Positions 1-8,893 of a stretch of DNA of 64,000 nucleotides are shown here, one piece after another. The DNA lies in the IMG/VR virus record IMGVR_UViG_3300033149_003257, positions 1-64,000 of that record; one strand, given 5' to 3'. Below the pieces are notes generated by a model, which was not told where the DNA came from, did no database searches, and saw nothing but the letters and a program-made list of their open reading frames with translations. The stretch is from a virus. The translations under genes and the position numbers were made by a program. Position 1 is the first letter of the stretch. Each line of letters starts with the position of its first letter.

Positions 1-321
1 AGTGCAGGTACTGCTGCTGCTGTTGGTGGTGGAGCTACTGTTTTAGGAGCTGCTGCACTTGCTGCTCTTTTAATATATGGTGCTGTAAAAACATATCAAA
101 GATTTATGTCTCAAGCTGCTAAAGCATGTAAAGGAAAATCTGGTAAAGAAAAAACTGCTTGTATGAAAGGTTATAAATTGAAAGCTCTAAATGCTCAAAT
201 GAATGATTTAAAAACTGCTTCAGCTGGATGTAATAAATCCAAAGATCCAAAGAAATGTATGGTTGCAATTGGAAGTAAAATGAAGAAAATTAAAAAACAA
301 ATTGAAAAGTTACAAAAGTAA
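1..321 (+). CDS. Partial CDS (starts before the window); putative virion protein with hydrophobic helix and 4-Cys C-terminal domain, paralog of 2575..3075
   Basis: Frame 1 is open from base 1 (SAGTAAAVGGGATVLGAAALAALLIYGAVKTYQRFMSQ...). C-terminus ALNAQ...CNKSKDPKKC matches ALKAQ...CNKSKQPKKC of 2575..3075. Confidence 0.7.
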   Translation, partial: SAGTAAAVGGGATVLGAAALAALLIYGAVKTYQRFMSQAAKACKGKSGKEKTACMKGYKLKALNAQMNDLKTASAGCNKSKDPKKCMVAIGSKMKKIKKQIEKLQK

Positions 322-347
322 AATTAACATATTTAATGAGGAAAAAA

Positions 348-566
348 ATGGATAATAATCTAAAAATATTATGTGGTTCATTAATAGTTGAATCAAATAA
401 AAGTAAAGATAACAAAATTAAACTTTTAAATTTTGTTAAAGAAGCAGATGATCTTCAATTAAAGACGTTATTATTAGATAGTAAAATTTTAGAAAAAGAT
501 AAGATAATTAAAGATGATATTAATAAAAGATTTGAAAAATCTGAATATAATCGGAAGAAAAATTAA
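348..566 (+). CDS. Small protein homologous to the N-terminal domain of 2575..3075
   Basis: GAGG precedes ATG at 348. NLKILCGSLIVE..SKDNKIKLLNFVKEA resembles DLKIFTGIYITE..TKEEKFQLLDFVQNA. Confidence 0.6.
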   Translation: MDNNLKILCGSLIVESNKSKDNKIKLLNFVKEADDLQLKTLLLDSKILEKDKIIKDDINKRFEKSEYNRKKN

Positions 567-659
567 AACAAAAATATAATAAAAAATTTTCTAAAAATTT
601 TAGCATTTTTTAAGAGAAAAACAATTTAATAAACTTTTGAAAAGAAAGGAGATAGATTC

Positions 660-1448
660 ATGTTTAAAGGTTTCAACTTAGCGTATCCAGAATACGAAGT
701 AATAACACCTCAAACGAAAGCATCATTTAAAGTCAGATCTTTAAATGTACAGGAAGAAGAAAGATTAAAAGGGAGTCTTATGACTCCTACCAAAGTTACA
801 GAACATTTAAACCAATGTATATATGATTCAATTACATCAAAACCAGAAAATATTACAGATTATAATTCTTTCTTAAAAAATGTTACTATTAAAGATCGAG
901 AAGCTCTTTTATATGGTTTGTATCATATAACATATGAAGATATTAGAAATTATGATGTTCTTTGTGGATCTTGTTCAAAAAGATATCCAATTACAGTTAA
1001 AGCTTCTTCTACTTTTAATTTTAATGAATATCCAGAAAATGATGTTTTAACAAAGAAAATCAAATGTGATCTTCCAATGTCAAAAGGAGTTTCTGCAATT
1101 ATAAAACAACCTACTCTTTTTGATGAAATAACTTCATTAAAAAATAGTGGAGTTTCTACTAAAACTAATCTTGATATATCTACTGAAACATCTATTATTG
1201 AACAATTTGAACAAGATGTAGAAGAATCGAAAAATCCAATTATATATAATGAAAGAGAAGATATTATTGATGCTTACTTAAGTCTTCCTGCAAAAGATAA
1301 AAGAGAAATCTTTAATAAATATCAAGAAAATTTTGGAAAATATGGTATTGAATTAAAAATGTTATCTCATTGTCAATTTTGTGGGCATGAAGAAGTTATT
1401 AATATAGATTTGGTGGACAATTTTTTTCGCATGGTGTACTCGGCATAA
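660..1448 (+). CDS. Baseplate hub assembly protein/chaperone (T4 gp26-like)
   Basis: N-terminal P-x-YE-x-x-x-P-x-T...VR-x-LNV-x-EE pattern, two CxxC pairs, FF near C-terminus, located next to gp25. AGGAG RBS. Confidence 0.7.
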   Translation: MFKGFNLAYPEYEVITPQTKASFKVRSLNVQEEERLKGSLMTPTKVTEHLNQCIYDSITSKPENITDYNSFLKNVTIKDREALLYGLYHITYEDIRNYDVLCGSCSKRYPITVKASSTFNFNEYPENDVLTKKIKCDLPMSKGVSAIIKQPTLFDEITSLKNSGVSTKTNLDISTETSIIEQFEQDVEESKNPIIYNEREDIIDAYLSLPAKDKREIFNKYQENFGKYGIELKMLSHCQFCGHEEVINIDLVDNFFRMVYSA

Positions 1449-1626
1449 TGAAATAATTACATACAAAAGAAATTTAGCAGAAAATATATTTTCTTGTATG
1501 GAATTAAGTAAACAATCATATATAGAAATTGTAAATATGCCAGTCAAAAGATTTCAAAATTATCTAAAATGGAAATCAGATCTTGAAGAAGATCGACAAA
1601 AAATGTTAGAGGAAAAAACTTCATAA
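1408..1626 (+). CDS. Short gp51-like/chaperone-extension reading frame, not in ORF track; possibly reached by frameshift from 660..1448
   Basis: The +1 frame is open 1408-1626: ...NLAENIFSCMELSKQSYIEIVNMPVKRFQNYLKWKSDLEEDRQKMLEEKTS*. Its stop abuts the ATG at 1627. Confidence 0.6.
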   Translation: MWWTIFFAWCTRHNEIITYKRNLAENIFSCMELSKQSYIEIVNMPVKRFQNYLKWKSDLEEDRQKMLEEKTS

Positions 1627-2058
1627 ATGGCAAATTTACTAGATAGATTTAATAAGAAAGTAATTGGTTCATATGATAGAATATCCGATGTTACACCAAT
1701 AGTTTTATCATCTGGTGATTTCCAAAGAGTAAATAATATCAATGTTATAATAACAAATTGGAATAACATTCTATTAATTCCACTTAGAAGTTATATTGAT
1801 GATCCTGAATTTGGTAGTGAATTATATAAATATGTTTTTGAACCAAAAGATGAAGATACTTTAGAAGGAGTTAAAAATGAAATTGAATATAGACTTCTTA
1901 GATTTGAAGATCGAGCTGAGTTAGTAAATTTAGAAGTTCAATTCTTACCAGGTAATGAAAAAGGATTTAATATATCTATTTCAGTTAAATATGAAGGAGA
2001 AACTGCAGATTTGACAGTTACTATTGATGAGTCTCTTTATGAGGGAGTTACAAGATAA
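1627..2058 (+). CDS. Baseplate wedge subunit (gp25/GpW-like)
   Basis: NILLIPLRSYIDDPEFGSELYKYVFEP...LLRFEDR signature; 143 aa. Confidence 0.85.
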   Translation: MANLLDRFNKKVIGSYDRISDVTPIVLSSGDFQRVNNINVIITNWNNILLIPLRSYIDDPEFGSELYKYVFEPKDEDTLEGVKNEIEYRLLRFEDRAELVNLEVQFLPGNEKGFNISISVKYEGETADLTVTIDESLYEGVTR

Positions 2059-2060
2059 TT

Positions 2061-2573
2061 ATGTATATATATTACTTTGTAATTAAAATGTATAAAGGAT
2101 TATTTAAAAAGAAACATTCAGGAAATGTACATATTTTTTCAATACCAGTTGGAAAAGGAGTTTCTTGTTTATTAACATTACTTGGTGAATTAGAAAATGA
2201 AGAGAATACATATGTATTTACATTAAATGATATATTACCAAATGAAATGATAGAAAAACTATTAGAAGTCACAAAAGATGATTTTGAAGAAAGATTTGTA
2301 TTATTAGATAAAGTTCCTTGTACAGTATCAAGTAAAAATAATGTATTTAATATAAAAATCAAATCTAAAGGAAACTATATTTTATCTAATTCTACTTTAG
2401 AATATCAAGGAGAATATAAAAAAGATAAAATATTTTTATATAAAGGATCTTTAAATCTTTATATTCTAGGAATTAATGATAAACAATATGGAATGATGAG
2501 ATTAAAGAAAAATTCATTAGTTTCTGGATTTTTTAATAATATAAAAAGTAAATTACAAAAAGAGGAAAAATAA
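2061..2573 (+). CDS. Hypothetical protein
   Basis: 170-aa ORF tightly packed in the structural operon. Confidence 0.55.
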   Translation: MYIYYFVIKMYKGLFKKKHSGNVHIFSIPVGKGVSCLLTLLGELENEENTYVFTLNDILPNEMIEKLLEVTKDDFEERFVLLDKVPCTVSSKNNVFNIKIKSKGNYILSNSTLEYQGEYKKDKIFLYKGSLNLYILGINDKQYGMMRLKKNSLVSGFFNNIKSKLQKEEK

Positions 2574-2574
2574 G

Positions 2575-3075
2575 ATGAACATAACAGATCTTAAAATATT
2601 TACTGGAATATATATTACAGAACAAGATAATCTTACAAAAGAAGAAAAATTTCAACTACTTGACTTTGTTCAAAATGCTACCGAAAAACAAGTTTTATTT
2701 TTACTTACAGAAGGATATATGAAAGAAGATGAAAAAATTAACAATACTGTTGTATTAAAAGAAGATCCCCTAACGAATATGATTTTTGGAGTTGGAAAAC
2801 TTACAGCTGCTTTTGTAGCAGCATTAGTAATTAAAGGTGCATATAAAATTTACAAAAAATATCTAACAAAAATTGGTAGAGAATGTTATAAGTATATTGG
2901 AAATAGAAGAGTTGATTGCATTACAAAATTTAAACAAGAAGCTCTTAAAGCACAAATAAATACTCTTAATAAGGGAAAATCTAATTGTAATAAAAGTAAA
3001 CAACCAAAAAAATGTGTTGAAAAAATAGATTCTAAAATCCAAAAATTAAAAGAAAAACTATCTAAATACAAATAA
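2575..3075 (+). CDS. Putative virion/internal protein with hydrophobic helix and 4-Cys basic C-terminal domain
   Basis: Paralogous to both 1..321 (C-terminus) and 348..566 (N-terminus). Confidence 0.65.
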   Translation: MNITDLKIFTGIYITEQDNLTKEEKFQLLDFVQNATEKQVLFLLTEGYMKEDEKINNTVVLKEDPLTNMIFGVGKLTAAFVAALVIKGAYKIYKKYLTKIGRECYKYIGNRRVDCITKFKQEALKAQINTLNKGKSNCNKSKQPKKCVEKIDSKIQKLKEKLSKYK

Positions 3076-3090
3076 AGGTTAAAAACTAAA

Positions 3091-3735
3091 ATGCAAAAAT
3101 ACACAAGACTTTATGATTATATACATGAATATCAGAGACTTGTATATGATATATATAGTAAACATGGAATAGCATTTTTAGTTACTTATTATAATATTAA
3201 TCCAACTGAAACTGTTTGGGATAATGAAAATTTAATGGGTGGTTCTTATGAAAGAGTTGGTGAATTATCTGGAGTAAAATGGGATAAATATCTTTTGCTT
3301 CCAATATATTTTACAGATGAAATATCTACTATTTTTGATGGTCAAGATATTGGTTTAATTAAAGAGAATGAAACAAATATTGTAATGCCAAGTACTTATA
3401 ATATAACTCCATATGCAAATGATAAAGTAAAATTAGAACAAGCATATTTAAGGCCAACTAATGATATATATCCATTATTTAATGTTACTGGAATAGAAAA
3501 ATCAACAAATACAGATCGATCTTTTTGGAAATTAAAAATAGAAGTAGAACAAAGTATTACAGTTACACAATTAGAAGAACAATTAAATCAAGTTTATACT
3601 TTTTATGAATATGATAAAAAAATACATACAATTTCTGACGCTGCAACTTTAACTAGAATGTTATCTAAAAATGAAGATTTAAAAGGATATTTAGATAATT
3701 TATATGATGAAAATAGCGGTTTTTATTTATTGTAG
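3091..3735 (+). CDS. Putative virion structural protein
   Basis: 214-aa ORF immediately upstream of the gp6-like wedge; function inferred from context only. Confidence 0.5.
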   Translation: MQKYTRLYDYIHEYQRLVYDIYSKHGIAFLVTYYNINPTETVWDNENLMGGSYERVGELSGVKWDKYLLLPIYFTDEISTIFDGQDIGLIKENETNIVMPSTYNITPYANDKVKLEQAYLRPTNDIYPLFNVTGIEKSTNTDRSFWKLKIEVEQSITVTQLEEQLNQVYTFYEYDKKIHTISDAATLTRMLSKNEDLKGYLDNLYDENSGFYLL

Positions 3736-3749
3736 AGGATATTTAAAAA

Positions 3750-6224
3750 ATGACAGACACTTCAATTTCTAGTCAAATATATTTATCAAGAGATGAAATT
3801 AGAAGTCAAATAGTTGAATATTTAGAAACTTATCTTGAACTTGAAAATATAGATTTAACGAAACCATCGTTTCTTTCTTTTATAGTAAATATATTATCGA
3901 CTCTTACTAGTAATCTATTATTTTATCAAATATCTGCCTATAAAGAATTCTTTCTTACAAAAGCACAATTACCTGAATCTATTCTAAATTTATCTGCATT
4001 TCTTGGATATAATACAATTGAAGCACAATATGCAGTTACATCGGTTTTTATAACTATGCCACTTGGTTTTCCAGATGCAATTACTTCATTTACTATTCCA
4101 GAAGGTTTTAAATTTTATGCTGGAGAAATTGAATTTATAACATATTATGAAACTACTATAAGAATCGTAAATAATTCTTCTATTACAATTACTTTACAAG
4201 ATGGAACTAAAACGTATAATATACCTGTAGATATAGATATAGATGAACAAGAATTTAGTTTTACTCTTCCACTAAAACAATTAAAAATATCTGAACAAGA
4301 ATTTCAAATAGATGAAGATTTACAAACATATCAATTCACAACAATTGAAGTACCTATTGATGGAAAAGTATCTTCATTAATAGTAGAAATTAGAGAACCT
4401 GATGGAACTGGATGGACTACATGGACAGAATACAATAGTTTATATTTAATGAGTAGTACATCAACTGGTTATGTTTCTAGAAGAACGGACACTGGTAGAA
4501 ATTTATATTTTGGAAATGGATTAATTGGAGTTCAACCAACTCCAGGAAGTACTGTTAGAGTTACAATTGATGAAACTGAAGGGGAAGATGGAAATATTAT
4601 AGTTGGCTCTATAACAAAAGGAGAAAGAATATATAATACTACAAATTCTGGTGCAACTCAAATAGTTTCATATACAGTTGTTAACACTGAACCTGGAACT
4701 TCAGGAACAGAAGAGGAATCTTTAGAAGATATTAGAAGTGACTCAATTTCTTCTTTAGTATCATTAGGCAGATTAGTGGCAGAATCAGATTATGAAAATA
4801 TTAATGTTGTAATAGAAGATTCCCCGTTGGCATCAAATTCAATTCCAATTTTAAAAAGATCTGATATCAAAACAAATGAAATACAAATATTTACAATACT
4901 TGAATTTTCTAGTGATATAGTTCCAACTAGAAACACTTATCATCTATTTACAGATACATATATTCCACGAGACACTATATTAAATATTAATGGAGTTCAA
5001 TATTATACTATATTTGATATGACAATAGATAGTGTTAATGAAGCAGCTTATTATCATTATATAATATATCAAGTAGATATAATTCCAACATTAGTTACAA
5101 GTTTCAGTACTACATATAATTTTTATGCAGATAGATTAAGAGTTTCAAAAAATGGTCAAGGAGCAGATTTTAATTTACATTATTCTTCAACTGAAAGTAA
5201 TATTGCTTCTGCAACTTGTGAAATGGAAATAGCTAGCACTGGAGTAACTTATAATATGATTAATGATTCAACTGCTAGCTCTTTTATATATCAATTTTCA
5301 GATTATACTTCTATTCCAGAAAATGAAGAAACTTATTATTTTACAATAGCATCTGGAGGAACTTCAGTATCTAAATATTCAGCATCTCTAGTATTTAGAA
5401 AAAACCTAAATAACTTCATGATGTCGAATGCTTTTGCTAATGACTCTACAAGTACAATTGTATATGATATTCCTGTTATTAAAAAGTCTTATTATGATGA
5501 AATTAATAAAAGAAACTTTGAAAAATTAGTTTTACAAAAAATGATGACTGAAATGGATATGTCCTCTTATAAAATGTTAACTGATTTTGCTAATGTAAAG
5601 TTTACAAATACTACTGGTAATATGATAGGAATGCAATATAATCCAACAAATAAACAAAACGTAATTGGATTTAGATCAACTCCACCATCAAGTCCAACTT
5701 TAAATGATAGATATATTGTTGGAACTGGAGCAACTGGAACATGGTTAAATCAAGATAATAAAATAGTTCAATGTATTGATGCAACAAATGTTACTTGGTT
5801 TTTTACAACTCCAGCAACAGATGATATTGTTTATATTAATGAACTTGAAAAGAAATATATTTTTGGAGAATCTGGATGGGTTTTACCTGAATATGAAATT
5901 CCATTACAAATTGAATTAGAAGTATTTAAATCTTCTACATATAGCGGATCTACAACAGAATTAGCAAATTCAATTAGAAGTACATTAGTTGATAGTTTTA
6001 GTAATAGATTTGGAACTAATATAAATCTTTATAGATCTGAAATTATTGATGTTGTACAAGAAATAAACGGAGTAGATCATTGTAGATTAGTGAGACCAGA
6101 ATCTAGTATTTTCTTTAATTTCGATTTAAATACTGACTTAACACAAAATCAATTATTAGTATATACTCCCGAATATATATATTTTACTACAGATGATATA
6201 ACTCTTAGAATATTAGAGAGATAA
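3750..6224 (+). CDS. Baseplate wedge subunit (T4 gp6/Baseplate J-like) with inserted DUF2793-like domain
   Basis: EFFLTKAQLPESILNLSAFLGY, LYFGNGLIGVQP, GTEEESLEDIR...RLVAESDY motifs; STPPSSPTLNDRYIVGTGATGTW segment. Confidence 0.85.
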   Translation: MTDTSISSQIYLSRDEIRSQIVEYLETYLELENIDLTKPSFLSFIVNILSTLTSNLLFYQISAYKEFFLTKAQLPESILNLSAFLGYNTIEAQYAVTSVFITMPLGFPDAITSFTIPEGFKFYAGEIEFITYYETTIRIVNNSSITITLQDGTKTYNIPVDIDIDEQEFSFTLPLKQLKISEQEFQIDEDLQTYQFTTIEVPIDGKVSSLIVEIREPDGTGWTTWTEYNSLYLMSSTSTGYVSRRTDTGRNLYFGNGLIGVQPTPGSTVRVTIDETEGEDGNIIVGSITKGERIYNTTNSGATQIVSYTVVNTEPGTSGTEEESLEDIRSDSISSLVSLGRLVAESDYENINVVIEDSPLASNSIPILKRSDIKTNEIQIFTILEFSSDIVPTRNTYHLFTDTYIPRDTILNINGVQYYTIFDMTIDSVNEAAYYHYIIYQVDIIPTLVTSFSTTYNFYADRLRVSKNGQGADFNLHYSSTESNIASATCEMEIASTGVTYNMINDSTASSFIYQFSDYTSIPENEETYYFTIASGGTSVSKYSASLVFRKNLNNFMMSNAFANDSTSTIVYDIPVIKKSYYDEINKRNFEKLVLQKMMTEMDMSSYKMLTDFANVKFTNTTGNMIGMQYNPTNKQNVIGFRSTPPSSPTLNDRYIVGTGATGTWLNQDNKIVQCIDATNVTWFFTTPATDDIVYINELEKKYIFGESGWVLPEYEIPLQIELEVFKSSTYSGSTTELANSIRSTLVDSFSNRFGTNINLYRSEIIDVVQEINGVDHCRLVRPESSIFFNFDLNTDLTQNQLLVYTPEYIYFTTDDITLRILER

Positions 6225-6232
6225 TTATTCTT

Positions 6233-7351
6233 ATGATGGATCAATTATTAGAAAAGTCAAATATAGATTATTACAAATTAAAAAAAGTAATTGCAAATAT
6301 TACAGCGACAGAATTATCTAGATTAGTGGAACCATGTTATTATCCAAGTCTTAAAAAGAATTACTATGAATTATTACATATATGTAATTTATCTGAAAAA
6401 GACATAAAAGAATTTACTAAAAATTTATATAAGAATACTCCAGCTTCAAAATGGAAATTACCAAATGATCCAATAACAAATTTTTTAATATTTATAATGT
6501 ATTATTTTTTAAAGAAAAAAGACCAAATATCATTTATGTATACAATGACTTATTTTTGTATACGATACTATACTAATTTAATGATAAAACATATTAAATA
6601 TTGTAATCCTGATGTATTTCGATATACATTACAAAATATGTCAAAAATAAATTTGTTTATACGAGAAGGAACTATTCCGAATGGTCTTTATTATCTTTCA
6701 AATGAAATGACAAAAAAATATAAGAAAGATATACTAGATAAAAATACAGATAAAATTTTAAAGTTTATTACAGAATGTAGACATAGAATATCTCAAAGTG
6801 TAAAAAGTTTTTCCGAATCATATTATAAAGCAAAAAAAGACGGTTCATACATTAAAACACAAGAAGAAGAAATCAATAATGATGATGACTCATTTCAAAT
6901 ACAACATCAAGAAAGAAGTTCAAAAGTTATAGAACAACTTGTGAAAAATATAACTATTTATAAAGTAATAGATCAGAAAGCATTAAAAGAAGCAAAAACA
7001 ATTACTAAAATTAATATAAACTTAGCAAATGTAATTACAGATAAATTATGTAATATTAAATATTCCGATAATATAAGAAATATATTACAATTATTTGTCA
7101 AAGATTTAAAAGAAGTTAAACAATTATGTGGAAAAGATTTTTATAAAATTATGAAATCTTTAATGTCAATCAAAAGGACTATTCCCGGAAAAAACTATTT
7201 TAAAACACAAGTTAATCTATTATTACAAAAAATACTTGAAGAAGTAAATTATATAAAAGAATATGAAAAATTAGCAAATCAAACAAAATTTTTAATTAAT
7301 TCTTATCTCGCCTATTATATAACACTTTCCTTTAGAAATCACGTTTGTTAA
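6233..7351 (+). CDS. Hypothetical basic, helical protein
   Basis: 372-aa ORF; no motif recognised. Confidence 0.6.
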   Translation: MMDQLLEKSNIDYYKLKKVIANITATELSRLVEPCYYPSLKKNYYELLHICNLSEKDIKEFTKNLYKNTPASKWKLPNDPITNFLIFIMYYFLKKKDQISFMYTMTYFCIRYYTNLMIKHIKYCNPDVFRYTLQNMSKINLFIREGTIPNGLYYLSNEMTKKYKKDILDKNTDKILKFITECRHRISQSVKSFSESYYKAKKDGSYIKTQEEEINNDDDSFQIQHQERSSKVIEQLVKNITIYKVIDQKALKEAKTITKININLANVITDKLCNIKYSDNIRNILQLFVKDLKEVKQLCGKDFYKIMKSLMSIKRTIPGKNYFKTQVNLLLQKILEEVNYIKEYEKLANQTKFLINSYLAYYITLSFRNHVC

Positions 7352-8875
7352 TTATACAGAAACATTAACTTCAGAACCAGAAACAACTATATTTACATTA
7401 CCAATAGAAGATGGACCTCTTCTTAATAAATCATCTGCTGTATTTTTAACAGAAGTAGACACTCGTCTAACAGCATTTTCAACTGGAGTTATATCTACAT
7501 TCATTCTAACATCTGAAGGATTTGCAGTAATAGTTACATCTCCAATAGAACCTGGCTCCAAAATTTTTAATGTATCCCCAAAATTTTTAACTGATTCTTC
7601 AATTCTTCTTGCAGTATTTTGAATTGGTGTAAAATCTACTCTCATATTTGCATTTGTTATACTACCAGTAACATTTACATCTGTAACTTGCGGAATAGCA
7701 GATGATAATTCATTACCAAAATCTTCCATATAATTTTTAATTCTATCTGCTGTATTTTGTGCAGTTGATGATGGGTCAATACTTAAATTTGTATTTCTAA
7801 TATTTCTTTTTGTTTCTATGAAATTAGATTTTCCAATAATTGTATTATTATAATATTGTTCACCTTCTTTCATTGTAACTCTACTAGTAGATTTTGAAGA
7901 TTTCATTGCATCAATATATGATTTCACATTTGGTCTATCATGAGTAAGTTTTGTACCTGCTAACATACTATTAAATAAACTTCCAAAATCTATTCTAACA
8001 TCAACAATTCCCATTCTTTGATTATAAGCAATTTGTTGTTGATCTCCACCTTTTACTATAGTTACATTACTTATAAAAGCCGGATCTAAATTATAAATAC
8101 CCGGTGCTTTTATTTTATGTAGAAATGGCCAGTTATAAGTATTTCCATCTCCAGATATTGGAACAGCTAAAAGAAGTAATGCAGCTATTGGTCCAACAAT
8201 ATATTTTAGGGTATATGTTTCACTTGATGGAACTGGATTATATAATCTAATTGTCATTGAATATGATGGAGAAAAGCCACTATTTTTCCAAACCTGAGGG
8301 AAATCAATTCTAGCGCCAGCTAACATTTTAGAAGTAATATCAGTTATATTTTGAGATGCACCACCACTCATTTTTGATAAGGAAGACATAACTCCAGATA
8401 TTGCTGCACCACCTTTTTCCATTGCTTTACTTAAATATTCAGAAACTACTCCACCACCAGATAATTGTGTTTGAATATTTTTAAAAGCATCTGTAGCAGT
8501 TCTCGTTCCTAAAAGTTGATTAATAGTTGCAGCTCCCTCAGAAGCAACATTTGTAAATTTTTGTAGAAAACTTTCTCCATATTCATTTGTAAAAGAATCA
8601 GTTGGAAAATTATCTGCTATAAAAGCAACTCGAACTGCTTTTACTGAGGATCCATTTTCAATTTCGAAACCTAAATGAGATAAGAGTTCAGTATAAGATG
8701 GGCTGTCTGGAGACTTCCCAGTATCCCAAGCAGATTTTAAACTAAATAATGTCATACCTTTTCTAAATTCTGGAATACATGGTCTGATAGAAGCTATTGG
8801 CATCGAATTCAATATCATTTTATCACTTACATAAGTTCTAGGAGGTAAACCAATAATTGATGGAATTGTAGTCAT
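7352..8875 (-). CDS. Baseplate/tail-tube initiator-like structural protein (T4 gp48/gp54-like)
   Basis: FPQVWKNSGFSPSYSMTIRLYNP and PFLHKIKAPGIYNLDPAFISNVTI tube-fold-like motifs; follows the tape-measure gene. Confidence 0.55.
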   Translation of the reverse strand: MTTIPSIIGLPPRTYVSDKMILNSMPIASIRPCIPEFRKGMTLFSLKSAWDTGKSPDSPSYTELLSHLGFEIENGSSVKAVRVAFIADNFPTDSFTNEYGESFLQKFTNVASEGAATINQLLGTRTATDAFKNIQTQLSGGGVVSEYLSKAMEKGGAAISGVMSSLSKMSGGASQNITDITSKMLAGARIDFPQVWKNSGFSPSYSMTIRLYNPVPSSETYTLKYIVGPIAALLLLAVPISGDGNTYNWPFLHKIKAPGIYNLDPAFISNVTIVKGGDQQQIAYNQRMGIVDVRIDFGSLFNSMLAGTKLTHDRPNVKSYIDAMKSSKSTSRVTMKEGEQYYNNTIIGKSNFIETKRNIRNTNLSIDPSSTAQNTADRIKNYMEDFGNELSSAIPQVTDVNVTGSITNANMRVDFTPIQNTARRIEESVKNFGDTLKILEPGSIGDVTITANPSDVRMNVDITPVENAVRRVSTSVKNTADDLLRRGPSSIGNVNIVVSGSEVNVSV

Positions 8876-8893
8876 TTTATTATATCTCCTCTA

